From an uncultured Gammaproteobacteria bacterium (GTDB taxonomy: Bacteria; Pseudomonadota; Gammaproteobacteria; Arenicellales; JAANXG01): a stretch of 64,000 nucleotides of DNA. Under the pieces are notes generated by a model. The model saw only the letters and a program-made list of their open reading frames with translations, had not been told where the DNA came from and searched no databases. Shown here one piece after another: positions 9,181 through 18,230 of this stretch (positions within the stretch are counted from its first letter, which is position 1; each line of letters begins with the position of its first letter). Where the stretch lies: assembly GCA_963731035.1 (NCBI GenBank), contig CAVSUY010000022.1, forward strand, positions 81,962 through 145,961, written 5' to 3'. Made by a program: the position numbers and the translations under genes.

Positions 9181-10932
9181 GGTCTACTGGATCAATGGGC
9201 CGGTGCTCAAGGCCCGGACCGACGGGGTCTTCCAGATGAAGGAAGCCGTCTTCGTCGGCGACACGCGCCTGGCTGCCGAGGTCATCCGCCTCGACGAGGA
9301 CACGGTCACGGTCCAGGTGTTCGAGGACACCACCGGCCTGAAGCCCGGTGTTTCCATCGAAGGAAGCGGCCTGCCGCTGGCCGTGGACCTGGGACCGGGC
9401 ATGTTGGGGGCGATGTTCGACGGCATTCAACGGCCTCTCGTCGAGATCAGCCGGCGCTACGGCGATTTCTTCGGCGCCGGACTCGACATTGCCGCCCTCG
9501 ATGCCGAGCGCGCCTGGCCGTTCGTCCCCGAAACGAAGAGCGGGGGCGATGTATTGGCCGGCGCCATGCTCGGCACGGTGCCCGAAACACAAGACCTCGC
9601 CACCCGGGTCATGGTACCGCCCGGCCTCCGGGGCCGGCTGGAGTGGATCGCTCCGGAAGGCGAATACCGAATCGACGAGGTGGTCGCGCGGGTCACGAAG
9701 TGACAAAGGCGTGGAACCCGTAACTCTGCACCAGCGCTGGCCCATACGCCGGCCGCGTCCGGTCTCCCAACGCATGGCTCCGGAGGAACGCCTGCTCACT
9801 GGGCAGCGCGTCGTCGATACCTTCTTCCCGATCGCCAAGGGCGGCGCGGCGGCCATGCCCGGAGGCTTCGGGACGGGCAAGACGGTCCTGCTGCAGACCC
9901 TGGCCAAGTGGAGCGATGCCGATATCATCATATACATAGGCTGCGGCGAGCGCGGCAACGAGATGGCCGATGTGCTCAACGATTTCCCCAAGCTCGAGGA
10001 CCCACGGTCCGGCCGCCGCCTGCTCGAGCGCACCGTCTTGATCGCCAACACCTCGAACATGCCGGTGGCTGCGCGTGAAGCCTCCATATACACCGGCATT
10101 ACGGTGGCGGAATACTTCCGGGACCAGGGTTACGACGTAGCGCTGTTCGCCGACTCTATCTCGCGCTGGGCGGAGGCCCTGCGAGAGATCTCCGGGCGCC
10201 TTGAAGAGCTGCCCGCCGAAGAGGGCTATCCGGCATACCTGCCGACGCGCCTGGCGGAGTTCTTCGAGCGATCCGGCAGAGTGCGAACCCTGGCGGGCCA
10301 GAGCTCCTCGCTGACGGTGGTGGGCACGGTCTCTCCGCCCGGCGGCGATTTCTCGGAGCCGGTCACCGCCCACACGCGCCGCTACGTGAAGGGGTTCCTG
10401 GCGCTGGACAGGGACCGCGCCCAGGCCCGCTTCTACCCCGCCATACATCCGCTGCTGAGCTACTCCGGCTACGCGACCGATACCCCGCTGGGCCCGGTCG
10501 GGCGACCTCGGATTGCGCCGACGCTTGCTGGAGCTCCTGGAAGAGCAAGCCAGGCTGGAGAAGATGGTGAAGATCGTAGGCCGTGACGCTCTGCCGGCCT
10601 CGCAGCGGCTGGTCCTGGTGGGCGCCGAGGTCGTTACCGAGGCACTGCTTCGGCAGTCCGCATTCTCGGAAACCGACCGCTACTGCTCCTCCGAGAAACA
10701 ATCCGAGATGCTCCGCGTGATCGACTACTTCCTGCAGCAGGCGCAGCGGGTCGTGGAGTCCGGAGTGGAGCCGGACCGCCTGCTGGAACTGCCGGAAACC
10801 CGCCGGGTGCTGCGCATGGGCGAGGACATCGCCAACGACCGGCTCGAAGATCTTGCGGTCCTGGTCCGCGACGTGGAGCATGCCTTCAGCGCCCTTCTGC
10901 CGGAGCCCGGTGCGCAGCGGAGCACCGGATAG
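9167..10932 (+). pseudogene. atpA: V/A-type ATPase catalytic subunit A, split over three frames by two net +1 shifts (near 9701 and near 10482)
   Basis: Segment 1 is [16 protein letters not shown]..., ending at TGA 9701-9703. Segment 2, in the next frame, is [20 protein letters not shown] ... Walker A GGFGTGKT ... [13 protein letters not shown]. Segment 3, in the third frame, is [27 protein letters not shown] and runs to 10932. Confidence 0.85.
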
Positions 10933-12330
10933 ATGCCGGACAGCGCGAAGCATCTGCTGCACACCGGCCTCACCAGCATCCAGGGCCCGCTGATATTCCT
11001 TCGCGGCGTGAGGGACGCGGGCTTGTACGAGCGGGTCGAGGTGCTGGGCGCCGACGGCACGCGCAGGATGGGCCGGGTCGTGTCCATCGCCGATCGCAAT
11101 GTGGTGGTCGAGGTCTTCCAGGGATCCGACGGTCTTTCTATCGGCCGGACGCAGCTTCGGTTTCTGTCCGAGCCTGTAATGCTCGATGTCGGTTCAGGCA
11201 TGCTGGGTCGGGTGTACAACGGTGTCGGCCAGCCCATCGACGGCGGACCGCCGCCGGCCATCCGTGACCGCCTCAGGGTGGACGGCAACGCGATCAATCC
11301 CGTGCGCCGCGAAGTGCCCAGCGAGTTCATCGAGACCGGCATCTCCGCTATCGACGCCATGAACTCCCTGGTACGCGGCCAGAAGTTGCCCATTTTCTCC
11401 GGGAGCGGGTTGAACCACGACCGTCTCGCATCCAGCATCGCGCGCTTCGCCCGGCTTCGCAGCGGCGATACCAGCGACTTCGCGATCGTGTTCGCCGCCA
11501 TCGGCGTCACCTTCGACACCGCCGAGCACTTCCGCCGCGAGATGGACGAGTACGGCGCGTTGGAACGCATGGCCCTGTTCCTGAACCTGGCCAGCGACCC
11601 GAGCGCCGAGCGCCTGCTGACTCCGAGAATCGCTCTGACCGCCGCCGAATACCTGGCCTACTCGGAAGGTCGTCACGTGCTGGTGATCCTCACCGACATG
11701 ACCAACTACTGCGAGGCCCTCCGCGAGATATCGTCCAGCCATGGCGAGGTGCCCAGCCGCAAGGGATACCCGGGCTACATGTACTCCGACCTGGCCACCA
11801 TCTACGAACGGGCCGGTCGCATCCGCGGACGCGCCGGATCGATCACCCAGATTCCCATCCTGACGATGCCCAACGACGACATCACTCATCCCATCCCGGA
11901 TCTGTCCGGCTACATTACCGAGGGGCAGATCGTACTGGACCGCGATCTCGAGCGGCGTGGCATCTTTCCTCCCATTGCGCTTCTTCCCTGCCTGTCGCGG
12001 CTGATGAACAAGGGAATCGGTCCCGATACCACCGCCGCCGACCACCCTGCCCTGGCTTCACAACTGTACGCCGCCTATGCCCACGCGCGGCACCTGAAGT
12101 TGCTGTCCAACGTGGTCGGAGAAGAGGGCCTGTCGGAGTCCGACCGTGCCCTGCTGCGTTTCGGGGAGCAGATGGAGAATGACTTCCTTCAGCAGGGCGA
12201 CCAGCGCCGCACACTGGAAGAAACCTTCGACGTGGGTTGGCGACTGCTCGCGCATCTTCCAGACGAGATCCTGGTGCGCCTGTCGGATTCGCAGATCGCG
12301 GAGCACGTCGCTCCCCGGCGCCATGGCTGA
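10933..12330 (+). CDS. atpB: V/A-type ATPase subunit B
   Basis: 465 aa. IQGPLIFLRGV..., SAIDAMNSLVRGQKLPIFSGSGL and GYPGYMYSDLATIYERAG are characteristic of non-catalytic B subunits. Confidence 0.9.
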   Translation: MPDSAKHLLHTGLTSIQGPLIFLRGVRDAGLYERVEVLGADGTRRMGRVVSIADRNVVVEVFQGSDGLSIGRTQLRFLSEPVMLDVGSGMLGRVYNGVGQPIDGGPPPAIRDRLRVDGNAINPVRREVPSEFIETGISAIDAMNSLVRGQKLPIFSGSGLNHDRLASSIARFARLRSGDTSDFAIVFAAIGVTFDTAEHFRREMDEYGALERMALFLNLASDPSAERLLTPRIALTAAEYLAYSEGRHVLVILTDMTNYCEALREISSSHGEVPSRKGYPGYMYSDLATIYERAGRIRGRAGSITQIPILTMPNDDITHPIPDLSGYITEGQIVLDRDLERRGIFPPIALLPCLSRLMNKGIGPDTTAADHPALASQLYAAYAHARHLKLLSNVVGEEGLSESDRALLRFGEQMENDFLQQGDQRRTLEETFDVGWRLLAHLPDEILVRLSDSQIAEHVAPRRHG

Positions 12331-12937
12331 AGCCGCCTCCAAGACCCAGCTACTGGAACGTCGCGCCGAGCGCACGATGGTGCGTGAAGGCAAGTCCGTG
12401 CTGGAGGATCGTCGAGACCTGTTGGCCCATATGCTCGTCGAGCAGCTGGCGGAAACCGACAGACTTACACGAGAAGCGGCGCGCGCGTTCGCGTGGGCGC
12501 GGCAAATGCTGCGGCGGGCGCTCATGCGCCACGGCTTGACCGCGCTGACCCTGCGTGCCGGCGAGCCGGACAACCCGATGCTGGGGGCGCCGCGCTGGGA
12601 GCTGGAAAACCGGCTCGGCACGCCCTGGCTCACCTTCGACATGCCCGCGGAGTCGGACGGCGGTTCGTCAAGTGATACGGAAGTCTCCGTTGAGTTGGAA
12701 GGAACGCGGCGCGCCTACCGGGAGCTTGTGGCGGTGTTGCTGGAGCTGGCGGCCGGCGAGAATAATCTCTCTCGCCTGGTCGAGGTGTTTCGCCGCACCC
12801 AGAGGCGGGTCAACGCCCTCGAGTACGTCGTGCTGCCGGACCTCAACCGCGCCATCAAGGAGATGGAAGACCGCATGGACGAAATGGAACGGGAAGACCT
12901 GGTGCGGTTACTGCTGATCAAGCGACGTGCCGGCTGA
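12323..12937 (+). CDS. atpD: V/A-type ATPase subunit D (central stalk)
   Basis: ATG at 12323 overlaps the B stop by 8 nt. KTQLLERRAERTMVREGKSVLEDRRDLL and the C-terminal RRVNALEYVVLPDL are D-subunit motifs. Confidence 0.8.
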   Translation: MAEAASKTQLLERRAERTMVREGKSVLEDRRDLLAHMLVEQLAETDRLTREAARAFAWARQMLRRALMRHGLTALTLRAGEPDNPMLGAPRWELENRLGTPWLTFDMPAESDGGSSSDTEVSVELEGTRRAYRELVAVLLELAAGENNLSRLVEVFRRTQRRVNALEYVVLPDLNRAIKEMEDRMDEMEREDLVRLLLIKRRAG

Positions 12938-12958
12938 GACTCCGATCGGGCGCGCGGC

Positions 12959-14368
12959 TCAGCCCCGTTGACCGTGATCCGCTATTACCCGGGCAACACA
13001 GGTCGTGAGCTTGCGGGCGAAAGGGACGTGCAGAAACTCGTTGGGTCCGTGGGCGTTGGAGCCGGGCCCCAGCACCCCCGCAATCATGAACTGGGCTTGC
13101 GGGAACCGTTCGCCGAGCATTCCCATGAACGGAATGGTGCCGCCTTCCCCCATGTACATGCAGCTTGCGCCGAAGACCTCGCGCGAGGCGCGCTGCAGGG
13201 ATTCCTCCAGCCACGGCGCGGTCGGCGGCGCGTTCCATCCCGTTGCGGCCATGTCCGCGTCGAATCGTACCCGGGCGTTGTAGGGCGGGTCCGCCTCCAG
13301 GATCCGCTTGAGCTCGCGATTGGCTCCCTCGCCGTCCACGGTCGGCGGCAGGCGCATCGACAGCTTCAAGGTGGTGCCGGGCCGCAGCACATTGCCCGCG
13401 TCCAGCACCGCCGGCAAGCCCCCGGCGCCGGTAACCGATAAGGCGGCACGCCAGTTACGGTTGAGCAGTCGCTCGAGCGGAGCGTCCCCCATGGCCCCGG
13501 CCCCTTCCACAAACGGATAGGCCGTGTGCACGCCATCACCCAGCACTTCGGCGACGGCCTCGAGTTGCCGGTGGCGGTCTTCCGGGATCTCCGCCTGCAG
13601 GGCCGCCGGGAGGATGTGCCCGGTCTGCTGGTCCTCGATTCGGCTCAGGAGCCGGCGGGCGATGCGGAAGCTCGACGGCACGATGCCGCTGGCGTAGCCG
13701 GAATGGACCCCCTCGGAGAGTATCTCGACGTTCAAGGTGCCGGCCGCCATGCCGCGCAGGGACGTGGTGATCCAGAGCTGCTCGTAGTTGCCGGCGCCTG
13801 AATCGAGGCATACCACCAGGCTGGGCGTTCCAATGCGCGCACGCAGGTGCTCGATATAGTGCGGCAGGTCGTAGCTGCCGGATTCTTCGCAGGCCTCGAT
13901 AACCACGACGCAACGGGCATGGGGCAGTTTCTGATCGCGCACAGCCTGGATGGCCGCCAGCGACGAGAATGCCGCGTAGCCGTCGTCGGCACCGCCGCGC
14001 CCGTATAGCCTGCCATCGCGCTGCACCGGCTTCCAGGGACCGAGGTTCTCGGTCCAGCCGGTCATCTCGGGTTGCTTGTCCAGGTGGCCGTAGAGCAGCA
14101 CGGTATCGTCGGATTCACCAGGTATCTCGATGAAGATCAGCGGGGTGCGGCCTTCCAGGCGCACCACCTCCACCGACATGCCTTGGATCGACTGGCGGCG
14201 GCACCAGGACTCGATAAGCCGGACCGCATCGTCCATGTAGCCGTGCAAGGCCCAATCGGGATCGAAGTGCGGAGACTTGTTGGGGATCCGGATGTATTCG
14301 GTCAGCTCGCCGACGATCTCGTCCTGCCAGAGCTGGTCGATCAGATTCTGAGCGGCCTCGATTTGCAT
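12959..14368 (-). CDS. M20 family metallopeptidase/dipeptidase
   Basis: 469 aa. LLYGHLDKQPEMTGW and GRGGADDGYA are metal-binding motifs of M20 enzymes. Confidence 0.8.
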   Translation of the reverse strand: MQIEAAQNLIDQLWQDEIVGELTEYIRIPNKSPHFDPDWALHGYMDDAVRLIESWCRRQSIQGMSVEVVRLEGRTPLIFIEIPGESDDTVLLYGHLDKQPEMTGWTENLGPWKPVQRDGRLYGRGGADDGYAAFSSLAAIQAVRDQKLPHARCVVVIEACEESGSYDLPHYIEHLRARIGTPSLVVCLDSGAGNYEQLWITTSLRGMAAGTLNVEILSEGVHSGYASGIVPSSFRIARRLLSRIEDQQTGHILPAALQAEIPEDRHRQLEAVAEVLGDGVHTAYPFVEGAGAMGDAPLERLLNRNWRAALSVTGAGGLPAVLDAGNVLRPGTTLKLSMRLPPTVDGEGANRELKRILEADPPYNARVRFDADMAATGWNAPPTAPWLEESLQRASREVFGASCMYMGEGGTIPFMGMLGERFPQAQFMIAGVLGPGSNAHGPNEFLHVPFARKLTTCVARVIADHGQRG

Positions 14369-14440
14369 GGGTCCCCCGGGACCGGTGGTTGAGCCTGCGA
14401 AGTGTAACCTGCCGCGAGCCGTACGGGCGACTCCCGCCGT

Positions 14441-16988
14441 TCACTCGCCGTCGCCATCACCATCGGCGTTGTCGAGGGACTCTCCCTTGTAGCGCCTCGC
14501 AGCGCGTGCCCGGGGTTTGGACTCTGCCGGCGCGGCTTGCGTCGTGCCGGCTTTCTTGCCCGCCGTGACATCGGTCGCGGCGGCCTGGTCCTTGATGTGG
14601 ATATCACGCTGGGGAAACGGAATGACGATGCCGGCTGCGGCTAAATGCATCCGCGATATCGAATCGCAGCTCGCTCGCCATAATCAACATGTAGTCGGCC
14701 TGGCGGATGAAGAATCTCAACTCGAAAATCAAGGCGCTGTCCCCGAAATCGCGGAACACAACGTTGGGCGACGGGGCCCTCAGTACCTCGTCTCGCCGGA
14801 CGGCACATTGCAGGAGGATGTCCCGCACCTGCTTCGGCTGCGAGTCGTAGGACACCCCAACGGACACGATGACCCGCGCCACGGTGCTCTTGTGGGTCCA
14901 GTTCATCACCTCGGAGGTCACCAACTGACTGTTGGGAACGATTACGGTGGCGTTGTCGAAGGTCTGGATCTCCGTCGCCACCACGTTGATCTTCTTGACG
15001 TAACCCTCGTTCGGTCCCACGACGATCCAGTCGCCGGCCTTGATGGGCCGCTGCATCAACAGGATCAGACCGGAAACGAAATTGTTGACAACGTGCTGGA
15101 GACCGAAACCGATACCTACCGACAGTGCGCCGAAGATGATGGCGAGTTGGCTGAGTTGCAGGCCCAGGCTGGAAATGGCGATGATGGCGGCGACGATGAT
15201 CCCGACATATCCCACGCCGGTGGTAAGCGCGTCGCGCACCCCGACGTCCGGAACCGTCTGCGCGAGCACGCGCTTGGAGAGGAAGTTCTGAAACAACCGT
15301 ACCGCGAAGAACAACACCAGGAAGATGCCAAGCGCCACAACGACGTCGAGCAGCGACAGAGTGAAGCTCCCGACGGCGAATCCGTAGAAGACCTTGTTGG
15401 CGGTGCTTTGAATATCGCCTGTCTGGACACCCCAGATCAGCAGCAAGATCACGATGACGGCCAGTACCAGGACGACGTCCACCGCCAACATCACCCAGAA
15501 CATCAGACGCGCCGCCCCGGACTTGGTGTAGCCGAGCGTGTCGCGCAACAAGGAGCCGGTCGCGGGCTGCGCCCCCGCGGCCTGGCTGCAGGTGGCGGCA
15601 ATGAACGACCGCAGAAGATAAGCAAACGCCACCAGCAACAACGACCAGACGATGCGTTGGGCCAGGAATATGCCGAGCGTGACGTAGCCGACGAGGGCCG
15701 CGGCGATGCTCAGCATCAGTCCCAGCTTTGCGACGGGAAAGAATATGCGCACGACACGGCCAGGCGGCCGGGTGGCGGTCTCTCCCGCCTCATCCGTGTG
15801 CGCGAACCACCAGTTGTCCCGGCGCAGGATGTACAGCATGCTGAGCGCCACCGTCACCACCACGGCCGCGCCGAACAAGGTCTGCAACGGCCCCTGCATG
15901 ACGCTCACGTCCAGCATCTCTGCGAATTGCCGCGGCCCGTAGGGACCGGTGACCGTGATCCTGATCACATTCAGGATGACTATCACGCTGGCGAACAGAC
16001 GGATGCCGCGGTACAGGCTGACTGCCGAAGCATCGGTAAAGTGGCTGATGCGCCAGTTCGGGTAGTCGGGCGACATCGCTGCCGCCGCGAGTCCGGTGAC
16101 CAGGAAGAACTGGCATCCCGCCGCTACCAGCACTACCGTCATGTGCTGGATGTCGGTGGTGGGCGCGGCACTCTTCAGGAATACGACGTACAGCCCGAGA
16201 ATGGTCGCGACCGGCAGCACGACGTTGCCCAGGCCGACCGCCAGCATGACCCTGAAACGGCGGGTGAAGGATGGACTCTCGTCGCGGTGATCGGGGCCGT
16301 ATCGCCGCAGCACCCAGTTGCGTGTCGGCAGCACCACCCCAAGACCGAGCACCAGCAGCACCAGCCACCACATCAAGGTGCCGAACCGCTCGCGGTTGAA
16401 CTCGATACTCTCCCACCAGGCGTCGACCGTGTCCGTGAACTGCCTGAGCTGCACGGGAACGGCGGATAATGCTTCGCCTACAAGATCGGGAGACAAGGGC
16501 GTTTCTGTGCGTCGCGACAGCACCCTCGCCATGACGTCGAACTCCTCCCGGGACAGGCGCGTTCGCAGCGCATCCACCCGCGCCAGCAGCACGTTGCTCG
16601 CCTTGATTCGGCCCTGGTACTCGGAGATGGAGTCTTCGAGGCGCTTGCGCTCTGCCGCGACCCTTGCGGCCTCCGGCGGTTCCGTTTCGTCCGGCTTTGG
16701 CCCCAGGGCGTTCAACAGATTTGTCTGCTCCTCGGCCTTGCGTATCGCCTCGGACCGGATGCGCAAGGCGGCGTCAGCGACGAACTCGATCTGGCGCCGT
16801 ACGCTGTTGATCTCCTCCCGGCCCAGATTGCGGCGTTCCACGCTGGACTCGACAATCCGCAGCGATGCCTGCAGATTCCCGATGAGGTCGGGCGTGGTGT
16901 GGGCCGTGTCGCTTTGCGCGGCCGCGCCGTGGGCCGCGACGATCAGCGCCGCAAGCACCATCAACCGAATTACTGGGAAAAGCCTCAA
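14441..16988 (-). CDS. MscK/KefA-like mechanosensitive channel (MscS family), with C-terminal frame break near 14632
   Basis: Signal peptide, a periplasmic coiled coil, many TM helices and the MscS core (GDWIVVGPNEGYVKKINVVATEIQTFDN). The intact ORF ends at 14604. The conserved C-terminal motif GIVIPFPQRDIHIKD is in the adjacent frame (ORF 14441..14650). Confidence 0.8.
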
Positions 16989-17367
16989 ACCGGCACGCCT
17001 CTTTGGGGACGGTGTATTATCGAGTAGCAGCGAGCGCGACAGAACCGCTGTTTACCAGCCAATATCCACCCGGGGACCGGACGCCCCTGTGGATAAGTCT
17101 GTTGATAACCCCTGAAACACAATGCCCCGGCCACCCGGGATTACGGCCCACAGCCTTCGTCTCCATCTCGATCAATTTCGTTTTCTTAATAGTTTTCAAT
17201 ATCTTACATCGATATTCTACTTGTAACAATAACTTAATGATTGTAACTGTCTGGTTCCACAAGGGGTTTTTCAAAGTGTGTACAACTCCCGAGCGACGGG
17301 CGTCGGGGCGGGCCACAAAGGCGGCGCAAATGGAACACCGGGAGTCGTCCCCGCGCGGCCAGTCGTC

Positions 17368-17844
17368 GTGAACGAGTCCCGCCCGGTGAGCCTGCCCCGG
17401 CGCCTCGGGGCTATTCTCTACGACTCGCTCCTGCTGGTGGCGGTGCTGTTCGCGGCCGGCCTCCCCCTGCCGCTCATTCCCGAGTCTGCGCGCTCCCTGA
17501 CCTGGGTCCGCTACGGCACCTTCTGCTATATGATCCTCGTTGGCTTCGCCTTCTTCGGCTGGTTCTGGACCCACGGTGGTCAGACACTGGGCATGCGAGC
17601 CTGGAAGTTCCGCGTGGTAACCGAGCAGCTGGAGCCCCTTACCTGGAAGCTGGCGCTGCTCCGTTTCGTCTGGTCCCTGGCTTCCTGGGCGGCCCTTGGC
17701 TTCGGCTTCCTGTGGAGCCTGGCCGACCGCCGCTCCCGCACCTGGCACGACCTGTTTTCGGGCACCCGGCTGGCGCGGGTGTCCCGGGACTCACTGCCAC
17801 CGCAGCGCGAACAATCCGATGACGAGCAGCACCGCGATGGGTAG
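17368..17844 (+). CDS. RDD family membrane protein
   Basis: RRLGAILYDSLLLVAVLF ... GQTLGMRAWKFRVV ... WHDLFSGTRL. The start is uncertain: GTG at 17368 or 17386, while the ORF is open from 17278. Confidence 0.65.
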   Translation: MNESRPVSLPRRLGAILYDSLLLVAVLFAAGLPLPLIPESARSLTWVRYGTFCYMILVGFAFFGWFWTHGGQTLGMRAWKFRVVTEQLEPLTWKLALLRFVWSLASWAALGFGFLWSLADRRSRTWHDLFSGTRLARVSRDSLPPQREQSDDEQHRDG

Positions 17845-18230
17845 CACCGCCACGGGCGCAGGATGCGCAGGAGCGGCCATCGCCCGGCTGGCCGCACGCC
17901 TTCTACGCCAGAGGCATATCGACTATTCTTACCATCCGTCAGCGAGCGCCTCGACCGAGAACAAACTGGCAGTGTCGCGCGAGACGGTCGCGGATGCGAG
18001 GCTGTTTTGGCGTCGCGGCCTCGATCGAAAACATGAACAACAAGCGGGATACGCAGATGCACCAAGCTGAGGAGGGCAACCAGTGACACTCTGGGATGCA
18101 GGTTCACCTGAGTGTGGAAAGTCGGGGAGAGGTCACTCATTCGCTGGCTGCCCTGTCGCCGAGCTTGAGTTGACTCGCGGCCCACACCTGTGTTGCGGTG
18201 TCCCGGCAGTGTATTTGAGGGGCACGAGGA

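Noticed and set aside
9695-9705. AAG-UGA-C at the first atpA break considered as a programmed +1 frameshift, by analogy with prfB CUU-UGA-C
   Set aside because: tRNA-Lys cannot re-pair from AAG to AGU after a +1 slip. No strong SD-like stimulator sits at the right distance upstream. The same gene also has a second shift in a different context, and other genes carry similar breaks. Error or mutation is more parsimonious.
17580-18185. A 201-aa minus-strand ORF spanning the RDD 3-prime end and the gap
   Set aside because: It overlaps the RDD CDS on the opposite strand. It is Arg/Ser/Cys/Pro-rich with no recognisable domain or RBS. It is treated as spurious.
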